Origin: Amoebophrya sp. A120
Lineage: Eukaryota; Protista; Dinoflagellata
DNA length: 64,000 nucleotides
Reading direction: 5' to 3'
Assembly (NCBI GenBank): GCA_905178155.1
Contig: CAJINV010000017.1
Span: 240,722 to 304,721 of the forward strand
Position 1 is the stretch's first letter; each line of letters opens with the position of its first letter. This document shows positions 1 to 10,800 of the stretch, in pieces. The position numbers were made by a program, and so were the translations under genes. Below the pieces are notes generated by a model. It did not search any database and was not told the origin of the DNA. It saw only the letters and a list, made by a program, of their open reading frames with translations.

Positions 1-342
1 GTAGCTGCAAGCCTTTTCCCTTCCCCCTACAGCATGCTTCTTTGTGGCTTTTTCATTCTATATCAAAAAGTCTTTTTGGTAGTGTCGGCGTGGGTTTGGA
101 AACAGTGTGGCTGCGTGATTCCTGAGACCTTAGAGGGGTAAGGCAAAAACCCTCTTGCACAGTCGAGCATAGGTGTAAACTTCAACACCGCAGCAACTCA
201 AGGAAGGGAACAGAAGCTGGGTGAAGAAATTCACACCCGAACCATAGGTCTCCTATTTTGGGTCCATTTGAAAAGCAATAACTAGCTACGTAAAGAGGCC
301 TTCTTTAACGTTAGGAATCACGCCCTAGCGACATCATCATCT

Positions 343-970
343 TTGCCCTTCTTTGTATTTAATCCCAAGCTCAAACTCAAGACCGAGGAGTTCAAGAAGT
401 ATGGACCCAAGCTCAAACTTCCGAACACCTCGGTCAGGCCACTGGGGTACTGGATGTCCGCGTCCGCCGCACAGGCGGACATCGGTGATTGTCCGCAGCT
501 GGAGCAGCTGTTCCGCACCATTTGCCGGGCCGATGGCGTTCCCAACTGTTACGCTCCCAGCTGCTGCGTGAATTTGTGCAGCAAGAATAGCAAAACTGAA
601 AGGGGGAAGCCTGTGCCTTTTGCGTGACAGATTCGGCACAGAGAGACTCTCATCCTGTTTGTCCCTTCGGGCATTTGTCATGCGAAGCAATTTGGTCGCG
701 TCGATTCTGATTGGAATTCTGCATGACAAATCGCGTAACGGTTGAGAACGTAACATTTGAGAACGCCATATGCTGCGCTTGGGGGTGAACGAGGAGACGG
801 GCCGCTTCAGGGCGGAGGAGGTTCCGCGGAACGAACACCCACTGCAGGGGCTGTTCACCGGGGGGACCTCCTTTGCCGAGTTTAGCGGCGCCGTGAATGC
901 GAACGTGGACGAGGCCGCGGACGCCCCCGTGGAAGGCGCAGCGGAGGACCTCGACGTCGCGGATTTGTAA
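343..970 (+). CDS. Small unknown protein upstream of RepHel; 5' end uncertain, one introner intron
   Basis: ORFs 343..627 and 770..970 join in frame (…FRTICRA-RLGVNEETGRF…) when element 532-770 plus 5 nt (244 nt) is removed. Ends EDLDVADL*. Confidence 0.55.
532..770. mobile_element. Introner-like TIR element, family E (degenerate)
   Basis: Left GATGGCGTTCCCAACTGTTACGCTCCCAGC vs right reverse complement TATGGCGTTCTCAAATGTTACGTTCTCAACC. Flanks GGGCC/TGCTG diverged. Related to 40660-40911. Frame restored. Confidence 0.75.
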
Positions 971-1802
971 GGCTGGCAAAACGAAAACCACAGGGAAGGA
1001 AATAAATAAAACGAAGAAAATAATATAAAGGGGCCGGGATAGGTTGGGCGAACCATCTTCCCGGCGCAGGTGTAGATAAAACATATGCCCCACGGGGCCA
1101 CCCAAGTGAAGGAGCCACCGCGCCCCGAGGTATAGAAGGGCCGGCGCGGCGCTACGTTCACTAATGAGCGCGGGCCGCCCGGCGTGTGCAGAACATCTCG
1201 CAGAGAGATAAAAAAAGGCCGAGGCCGGATCCCGAGAAAACCAGGCACCGACCTCCTCTAGCGGGAACCGCGCCGGGCGCGGAGTCCCTCTAATGGAGGC
1301 GGCGGCGATTTTGTTTTCGGCGCGCCCGCGAGCACGCGGAGCCGCGCGCCCATATCGGTACCGAATAAAAAAGCTGACCTTTCCAAGCCATAGCCAGCCC
1401 GACCAAGGGGGGGCCAAAACCGCGGGCGCGGGCGCTGCAGCCCGAACGCCCCCCGCCTTCGTGTTCGCTCCTCGCCGGACCTGCCTCGGTCGTTTTTTTA
1501 TTTTCCAAAGGCGCGCCGCGCCTTGGCCCGTGGCGCCAAGCACAACCCCCGGGGAAGGGGGAGGCGCCCATCGAGAGAGCAACGAGCGAACAGCGAGCGA
1601 CCCACGCACCGAGAGCCGCCCGAGCGACTTTCTTCAACGACCCAACTGGCTCCCTTACGCCACTTCCCAAAGACCGCAGAACCACCTGCAGGGCCCGAAA
1701 GATAAACAAACAAAACAAAGGGCAGAACCCCCGGGAAAAGATTTCACACCCAAGCAAGAAAAGAAAGCCCAAGGCACTGAAAACCCGCACGGGGGCGCGC
1801 AG

Positions 1803-4800
1803 ATGGGTGACCCGGGCGAGGCCGCCCCAGTTCCCGCATGGTTTCGGGACCTCGCGCGCCGGCCGGGGGGCTGCTCCCGGTGTGGCCTCCGTCCGCGCTG
1901 GCAGCATACTCCGTTCTGCAGCGTGTGCCAGAACGCGCTTACGCAATGCGTAGCGTGCAAGCGCTGGCGGCCCCGGGGCTACTTTCACGGCCCACAAAGC
2001 GTCCGCCTGGCGGACACATGCCGCCCGTGCGTCGTGGCCGATGGCCTATACGATGGCCCGGCGCGGATTTGGCCTCTGCCTCTGTGGGACCCGCCCCTAT
2101 CCGTCGAGGTCTGCGAAGAATGTCCAAAATGCGAAACAAAAATATACCCGGAGGAGGTGCCCAGAGGCCGGGGGCGCCGCTGCCCTTTCTGCAGTGGCGC
2201 CTGCGGGCTTCCAATCGAGACCCTCCGGAACCTCTACAGCAGCGACATGGAGGCACTGCTCCGGTACGCCACGCCGGAGACGGTGTTCCAGTGCAACGAG
2301 GGGGCAGCCATGGTCAACACCCTCTTCCTCGAAGGCTCTGGCCGCCACATCGGCCAAGTTGGCAACTCTGGCACGTCCAACCAAATCCTGCAGGGCAGCT
2401 ACCTCTACGGCCCCCAATTTCTGGGGACCTCCCGCGGCTTCCGCCTCGTCTTCGACGACGCCAAGGAGCGGCTCCGCGGCGAAGACCAGGACGACAACAG
2501 CCCCGGCAATAACCCCGCCACCCGGAGCAGGTATCTTCGCGAAGTTCTTGCGATTCTCCTCGAGCGAAGCCCAATCTACCGCCAAATGGGGGAAGCGGTG
2601 GCCGCGTTCTTGGAAATTTACGACCACGCCGGTCTGGACAATTTCCCCACCGTCCGCGTCCGGTGCGTGGAACAGAGGGGCGCCCGGGGCATCACCGGCA
2701 TCATCCTTCCCGAAGTCTCCCCGGAAGCCTTCGAAGACGAGGACGCCCGCCACTTGATTCCCCACTATGGGGACCTCGCGCTGCCGGTGGCGCAACCGCT
2801 CCGGGGCTCGGGCCGGCCCGGTGACGCCCGGCGCGTATACCAGACGAGCGGGCGCATCGAGCAGAACTACATCAACCTCCTCCCCCTTCTCTTTCCCGTT
2901 TTGTTCCCCGGCAGGCTTGACATCCCGGAGGCTTGCTCCCTTCGCTGCTTCGCGGCGCAACTGCTTGCCCGGGTCCCCTACCCGCCTAGCTACGTCAAAC
3001 TTCTGCAGCACTTTGTCATCCACACCTGGATGAACAAAGAAACCGCCGAAGTCCTCGCGCACGAGCGCCGCTACTTCGCCCGGTGGAATAAGCGGCCGCG
3101 CTTCCTGCCCGCATCCATCGCGGGGTCGGCCGCCTCCATTGACCTGATGCGCCGGAAAGGCTTCGCACTCGTGCGGGAGTACGGCCCCCCGGACCTGTTC
3201 CTCACTATCACAATGAACACCGACTGGCCGGAGTTTCGGCGGCGCGGGCTCGACGCCTACGACTTCGACCTGGGAAACGGCCCGCATTTTTCAAGCCCGA
3301 GTCAAGAAATTCCTTGAAGAGGTCAAAGGCGGCAAAATCTGGGGCCGGGTCCGGTGCTACATCCGGTCCGTGGAGTTTCAGTGGCGCGGCCTCCCCCACG
3401 TCCATATCCTTATATGGCTGGAGGATCCAATCCTAGACCTCGCCGAGTGCGCCCGGCTTGGGAGCAAAAGCTGGGAAGAATACCCGGAGGCCTTCCAGGA
3501 TGTCGCGGCCAAGGTTTTCTTCCATGTGTGCTCCGCCGACCATTGCAAAAAAAAGAGCGCAACAATGTGCGCCAAGGGCTTCCCCAAGATCCCCTGCCGG
3601 ACCTACATTGAAGACGGCTACATCCATCTGCAGACAGAGGAAGGGCAAGAGTGGCACGTCGACCACGACATCCGCGCCTTCGCTCGGCTGCAATGCCACA
3701 CCAACATCGTCTTCCTCTGCGGGGCCATCAAAGTGAGCTACGTCGTCAAGTACGACATCAAGAGCCGCGACGCCGCAACCAACGTCACATACTCCTGGGG
3801 GCTGCAGAGGGAGCGCGAAGTCCGGCAGGACTGCCGGGCCCTTTCGAGCTCAGAGGCCTCCTACCGCCTGTTTGGGTTCCCAATATACGAGACCTGGGGC
3901 GCCGACCACGATCTGCTGCCGATGCACCTTCCGGCCCTGGAAAAGGACACGAGGCCGGAGCGAGGCGGGCAGGCAGGCGGCCCCGCCCCCGATTCTGGCG
4001 AGGACGGCGAAGAGGCAGAAAGCGACGCGGGGGGCGAGGATGTCGACAGGGCGGACGGAGCAGGCGGCGAGGCGGCCGGCCGGCCAGCTCCGGTAGCGCC
4101 CTTCCCCCTCCTCCTCAATGCCTATCTCGACCGCCCGCGCGGCGTAGAAAAATACCACACGAACTTCCTCGAGTTTGCGCAAGAGTACTACTGCGACGAG
4201 AGGCTTCGGGCGGACCTGGCCCGGTCTCAGATTGCCGCCCGGGCACGAGGGCAGCCGGATAGCCAAACATACCGCGGCGCCCGCCAGATCATAGAACGGG
4301 AGGGCCTTGAAGGAGCGGACGAAACGGAATGGGGCACCCTCCGCCCGCGGGGGCGCCGCGCCGTCCTTGTGTTCACTGGCGACAGTTTCGCCACTTGGCT
4401 GCTAACGCGCGCAGTACTGTGGCGCGACGGGTTCGAGGAAGCCCTCCGAGAAGGCAGCGCGACAGTGATGCAATACATGGAGGAAACCAACCAGGACGCG
4501 GAGCTTTTTGAGAAATTCTTGCAGGACGTGCAGGCCTACACGCGCGCAGACCTCCTCAAAGACCTGGCCACCTATTGGCAGTGCTTCCCCGGGTCCGACA
4601 CCCGCGCGGGCGCGATCCGCTACGCAGCGCTGGAAACCGGCCGCCCGCTCCCCGAAATCTTCAAACGCCTCGAGGGCCTTGGCGTGCCCGCTCTGGACCT
4701 CCGCCCCCTGCAGCAGACGATCGACCCTGTCGGGGCCCGCGCCAGGCCCGCCGGCCCGGATCTCGGCGACCCCATAGCCGCCGGCGCCTACTTTGTGCAG

Positions 4801-6306
4801 CAGGAGCGCGCTTTCTGGCTCCAGGGCCGGCAGCGCATGCGGGCCGACCTTGCCGAGCGCCGGGCCCGTTTCACTGCGTCACAGGCCTCTGCGTTCGAGC
4901 GCATTACGGCGGTGGCCGACGACGATGACCCCGCCCGCGGCCTCGCGAGGTTCGTCATCAATGCGATGGGCGGAACGGGCAAGGGCTACTTGATCGAGGC
5001 CCTGCTCCTCTACTACCGGCTGCGGGGGGAGGTTTGCGTGGTCCTCGGGTCCAGCGGCCAGGCCGCCAGCCTGCTACCGGGCGGAACAACAATCCACCAG
5101 GGCGTCGGCCTGCGGGTGTCGGGCGACCTCGCGGAGGCCGCCGAGTATGTCCGCGAACTCGCGCTGCTTAAGGCCGCCCGCTTGGTTGTCACGGACGAGG
5201 CCTTTATGGCTCATCGGAACTGGCTGGCCCAAAGGGACGCGCGGCTGAACGAGCTGCAGGCAAAGCCGGCTCTCCTCGATGCGGGGGACCTTGAACAGAT
5301 CGGGCCGGTTGACGATGGCACGGCCGAAACCATTTCGGCACAGATGGAGGGCCTCCACCCGATGGAGTACTACGACGAGCTCGGCGCGGCAGTCGAGTGG
5401 CTTGCCCTCGAAGTTCCGGCCGGCCAGAAAAACCCCCGCTTTCGGACGCAGGCGTGGTCGGACTTTTGCACCGACATCCGTAGCGGGGCCCGCCCGGAGA
5501 TTTTTCTTAATCCGGAGAACTCGGACACCGAGGAGCCGGGCGCGCCACTTCCCCCCCAGCCGCCGTTCCAGGTGGTAACGACCCCGGACTGGTCCTACCA
5601 GGAAATCGCGGAGCAACTTGCCCGCGGGGAGGCCGATCTCATTTGCGGCACCCACTACGAAAAGGACCGCGCCACCAGGGTCCTGCTCGAAGCCTTCCGC
5701 CGGCTCTTCCCCGATAAGCCGCTGCGCTCCTACGAGCCCCGTTGCCATTGCAAAACGGACGTCCAGCGGAGCGCCTTCGGCACTGCCGACATTCTGGCGC
5801 AAATCAATACCCTGACCGTCGCCGTTGGCATGCGGGTCGCGCTGACGCGCAACCTCAACATTAACGGCACCCGCATCGCCAAAGAGTCCCGCGGCCGCGT
5901 GCTACACCTCGGCGCCAAGTTCGTGACGGTCGAGTTTGAAAACATCAACGGCGCCAAGAAAGTTGTGTGCGTCCCCCTAATGTATGCCATCCAATCCACC
6001 CCCGTTGACGGGGACTGGGTCATCCAAAGCATCCCCTTGCGGCTCGCCGCCGTCTCGACGGTGAACAGCTTTCAGGGCGTTACCGTCGCCCACCCCCGGC
6101 GCCTGATCGTTTCCGGGTATAACCTGCTCCAGGAGCACGGCCACGTCTACGTGGTCTTTTCCCGTGTGCAGGACGGGAGCCAGCTTTGTGTGTACTGCGG
6201 CACCGCCCAGCGAGCCCTGCCGGTGGTGCGCAAGTTTACTTCCCGCGGGCCGGAAGTGCCGGCCGGGGACGATTTGCCCGAAGACATCAATGTGAACGAC
6301 CTCTAG
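1803..6306 (+). mobile_element. Helitron-type RepHel (HUH Rep + PIF1-like SF1B helicase), ~1500 aa, +1 frameshift near 3262-3275; element ends not defined
   Basis: Rep motifs YGPPDLFLTITMNTDWPEF, VEFQWRGLPHVHILIW (HUH) and YVVKYDIK. Helicase motifs GGTGKGY, VTDEAFM, GDLEQIGPV, TVNSFQGVT, HGHVYVVFSRV. N-terminal CxxC pairs. Visibly more GC-rich than flanks. ATG 1803 is the likely start (frame open from 1293). Confidence 0.92.
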
Positions 6307-7861
6307 AACCGCGGACCTCCCCACCCACAATGAAAGCGCCCAAGAGCCTTCTGAGAAAACAACTTGCCCCAAGCAAAGCGAAGGCTAAATGTGTAAAGCG
6401 TGTGTGCAGAAATCGGCCAAAAAAACAAACGCAGGAACCACGCGTTGCTAATCCTGGGGGGCACGATTTTGCTTTGTCCCCCTTCTGTTGGTGCTCGTTG
6501 CATTTTGATGTTGTGTTATCGGTGTTCGATTGCTAGTATCATCCTCGTTACATTATTATGTATTTATACCAAGATTTTCAGTCAGGTTTCGTTTTCATCA
6601 TGAGAAAAATGTAGTTGAAGACTCTCTCTCCGACAGCAACAGGACTAGACATGTACAAATATGAGATCGAGATCTTTATTGTGCCGTGTTTTCCTTGCAA
6701 CGTTGCAAATTACATCTCCGAAACTTCATGCATTGCTCCGAAGCATTTGCTTTCCAAAGAATTTTAGTTTCTGCTCATTTTCTTGTTGATTCTATGTGAA
6801 GTTTTTCCGTCTACAACTACAACATCTACGAAGTAAGTAAGCACGAACGTCCTAGTATCCGCCGTCTCTTTTTTATTCTGCAAACTCTACTACACACACA
6901 CACTACGACTTCTACCCACTTCGAAGAAACATCAGCTTGACCCGACTGCGTTCTTGTTGAAATGTCTGCTCAGGTTGTGTATACCCTTCATGTTCATTTT
7001 ACCCGTTACAGAGATTGAAAATTATCGCAAGGGTCCTCTCGACGTCACCTTCAGCTACTTGAGCGAGATGAGGTTTGTTGGACCGCACAGTATTGTATAC
7101 ATTGATTTTGGCAACTACACTCCACGTGATTTCGATTTCGATTTCTTACAAATAAAGCGGTGACCGAGGTCGTAAATTGTTCTTCCATGTCGTTGTTTGG
7201 CTACCTCAGCCACGGTCTTTGTTTCACAAAAAAGGAAAATTCGTCATCGTGGCTGGTAGCTGATTCGCACTCTTTGTCAGGAACTACAAGGTTCTGCGAG
7301 GACGAAAACATCTCGGCTCCAGACTACTTAGTATCTGCCGGAGGAAAAAGGGAGGAGCGATTTCCAGCAACAAGCAGGACCGCGGATACAACCGTTCACA
7401 ACTAGTAAAAGTACGTAAAACTACACTCGCTGCCATAGATTCTTTTGAAATCGTAATCGTTAGGACCAACGCACCTGAGCCTGAGTCTAGTAATGGGCAA
7501 ACTTATAGCGTCGTCCGGGTCGTCGTCGTGGTGCTAGTGATGTTTTTGATTTCACTCAGCCTGCGATAGAAGCGCAAAACTTTCGTTTATCCTGTCGTGA
7601 TGGGGAACAGGCGCGCTGTGATATCGTTTACGTGTCGCCGAACAACTCGTGGGTTTTCGTGATGATTTGCACCCATTGAGCACATGCGCGAGGCACTTCT
7701 ACTTCTTTATGCTGCTTGATGTCTATTCTCACGGTGTGGTTGTACTCTTTCATCGTGTTCTGTTTCCGACTCTAATCTCCTGCTGCAGTTTCGTGTTTAT
7801 TCTTGTTTCGTAACGACAGAATTCAACTTTTATTCGTTGTTTCGAAATTTACTACCCAAAA

Positions 7862-10800
7862 ATGGTCGCTGACGCCTCTTCCAACAGTCCCGCGAGCAGC
7901 CCCGTGCTCGCCGGCGTTAAACTACGGGAGGACGGAACAAGCGGAGTTGCATTTGATCATACCACGGCGGAAGAAAACCCCGTGGAGCTTTTCGGAAAGC
8001 CGCAGTTGCACATGCCGACGATTTCGGTCACCGGCACCGCCACGGCGGGACCAATCATGAAGCTCCCGACTTTTTTCCCGACTAGTGCTAGTAACGCCGC
8101 GGGAGCGGTGGACCTCAAAATAGGGCAGCAAACACACACAGCTAGGGGAGAGGTCCTCGGCTCCTTCGAGCCACACGCCCGACAGTCGAACTACACTTCG
8201 ACGTCTAGCAGGATCCGCAGCACCAGCGCGACAGCGACTAACGTGATGAATACCTGTGCAAGTAAACCAAACGGAGGATTCGTGCTGCGCAGCAGCCGTC
8301 TGGCGGCCGCAACCACCGCGTCCAGCCGAAACAAGGCAAAGAAGATGCAGATGAGTGTCGCACTGGAACAACAGCAAAAAGCTTCTAACTCATCAGAGGA
8401 ACATCGAGACGAAGAGGATGAGCTGCTGTTTCAACACCAACAACAAGAACCTCCCCAGCTTACTACCGGGCAGCATCACCAGCGGCCACCCGTGAGTTCT
8501 TTGAGTGGACAGCATCAGCAGCACTACAACGGTCTTTTGAATGCCAGGACGGACTCCAACGCTACCTCTGGCGCAAGTTCGGTACTGACGTCGGTGTCTT
8601 CGGCCGCTCCAAGACAACAGCACTCCTCGTCTGGACATCCGCAACCCGCACAGGTGGCTGGTGGTCCACCTCGTGGGTCATCGTCCTCACACAATTACAA
8701 TGGCTATAACAAGCGTTCCGCAATGGGCCATGCGCCGAATCTCTTTCCGTCGTCGTCTTCCAGTGTAGCATCCTCGTCGACTTCCGGTGCTGGAAGTAAA
8801 AATCCATACAACCACTTCTTGCACCATAACTCCGCTTCGGGGTTGGGCGCAGCCGGGAGGCTTGCCGGTAATAATCCCATGCAGCTGGGAATGACCACGA
8901 AAGTGGTAAAGCAGACGAGGAACGCAAGCGTTTTGAAAGCGGACAAACGGGCATCAGAGATCATTCAACGGCTGTTGAAGCGAAGTATTGGTTTGTGCGT
9001 CTTGATAACTTCTGTCGCAAGACCTCCCTGGAAGTTGCACATACAGCGCACCATGCATTCACAGCTGTAGTGGGGGTCATGGTCCTTTTTTTTTTGAGAG
9101 GACAGGAATTTGAAAAATCAGAAACCATACATAGAGTATTCTAGGTGGACCGCATAATGAGAAAGTAAGTATAAGTGCCTGTGCCTGCCCTGCCTTTTAC
9201 CATTATTTGATTTAGTACGGTTTCTGAAAAACAGATACCGCCGCATCAACCGACGACCCCGGCGAGGACCGAGAGCAATTCTACCAGGGGAGCCACACCG
9301 CCGCCGCGCAACGACAGTTCTCGTCTTCCTCCTCCTCCAGCACCGGGACGCCGAGGAACGTGAACCCGACAGACCAGCGGTTGTCGCCCGTCGAGCGCTT
9401 GCACTCGATGCACAGTGACATGGTCTCCCTCATTCACGCGATCGAAACGCTGCAGCAGGAGAACACGCGCCTCCGCTGGAAACAGCTGTCCCAGGTGGAC
9501 GTACTCTTCCGCAGTTGGTGCGATTCCGACAACCGCGGGCTTTTGTCGCAGTGTCTGAGTGTGTGGAAAAAGCTGTTGGAATACAAAAAACACAGGTGCT
9601 TTTGTGCGTCCCCACTGTTGCTTCTGTCCAAAGCATGAGGATGAGCTCCCTCGTGCTCGACCGGGTGGGCAGTAAATCTGGATCTTGCATATTCAGGGCG
9701 AGCTTTTTTCCAGGTGAAAAAAGCTCCAATGTTTCCGCTCCGTCGAGATCGAATCAAGAGTAAGTTGAGACCGAGTGGACACGGACGGAGTTGAGACCGA
9801 GACACGGACGGAGTTGAGACCGAAAAAGCGCAAATTGCACTTTTGCGCTTTTTTTCAGCTGGAAAAAAGCTCACTTTCGTTTTTTTTCGGCTGAAAAAAA
9901 GCACATTTGGGCTGCGCTCCTCTTTGCAGCTGAAAAAAAGCACTTTCGCGGTTTTTTCCAGCTGAAAAACTGCACCTTGTAACTTTTCAGGTGAAAAAAG
10001 GTACAAGGGCGCAACTTTTCAACTGAAAAAAAGCGCAAGGGCGCAATTTATCAGCTGAAAAAAAGCGCAAGGGCGCAATTTTTCAGCTGAAAAAAAGCGC
10101 CACGTGAGTTCTCACCTCTTCGTTTTTTCAGTGACAAAAAAGTGAAAATCTCAACTCGATCTCAACTCGGTCTCAACTCTGTCTCAGCTCGGTCTCGACT
10201 CGATCTCAACTCGATTTCAACTCGATCGCAATTTGGTCTCAACTCGGTCTCAACTCGATCCCAACTCGATGCCAGCTCGATCTCAACTAGATCCCAACTC
10301 GGTTCCGGCTTGCTCTCCGCTCGATCTTGGTTCAGTCTCGATGTGTTGCTCATCATCTTCGCATGTATCGAGTCTCTTCGAGGCTGGAAATTAAGCCATC
10401 AATTCGCGCTCGAACAAACCGTCTTGGCGGTTTTTTTCAGCTGAAAAAGTGCGCCTTTTCCCTTTGCGCGTTTTTCAGCTGCAAAAAGCACAACTGGAGT
10501 GCTCGTTCTAGCAGGACCAGGAGCAACTCTGAGCATTTTACACGAACGCCCGCGGCACATTTAGCCACAACGTCGGCACGGTTTGAACTCGATCTCAACT
10601 GGGTGTCTGGGCAATTTCCCAAAAGAGTCTTTGTCGATGTGGTTCAGTGCCAAGCAGTGTCTGAGCGTGTGGAAAAAGCTGTTGGAATACAAAAAACACA
10701 GGTGTAGTACCTCTTTTGCAAACTCTTTATCATCGTCGTCATCTAGTTCGTCGTCGACCTCCTTCGCGTCATCCCAAGGTATGCACTTGTTTCGTCAAGT

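Noticed and set aside
3272-3278. G GGA AAC slippery heptamer at the RepHel frameshift
   Set aside because: It would give a -1 shift, but the conserved protein continues in the +1 frame.
337-5802. Long antisense and overlapping ORFs over the Helitron (e.g. 2097..3287, 650..1609, 5074..5802)
   Set aside because: Expected shadows of GC-rich coding sequence; no recognisable motifs.
6300-6860. Candidate Helitron 3' ends (CTAG near 6303, 6534, 6852)
   Set aside because: No convincing GC hairpin at the expected short distance upstream; boundary left undefined.
6950-7570. Broken ORF fragments ending in a hydrophobic stretch
   Set aside because: Several stops and frame changes, no recognisable family, and no introner to explain the breaks.
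8985-9237. Intron starting GTAT with a nearby CAGATA, as a possible introner
   Set aside because: Element+5 nt gives the wrong frame, whereas GT-AG 8985-9234 gives the right one.
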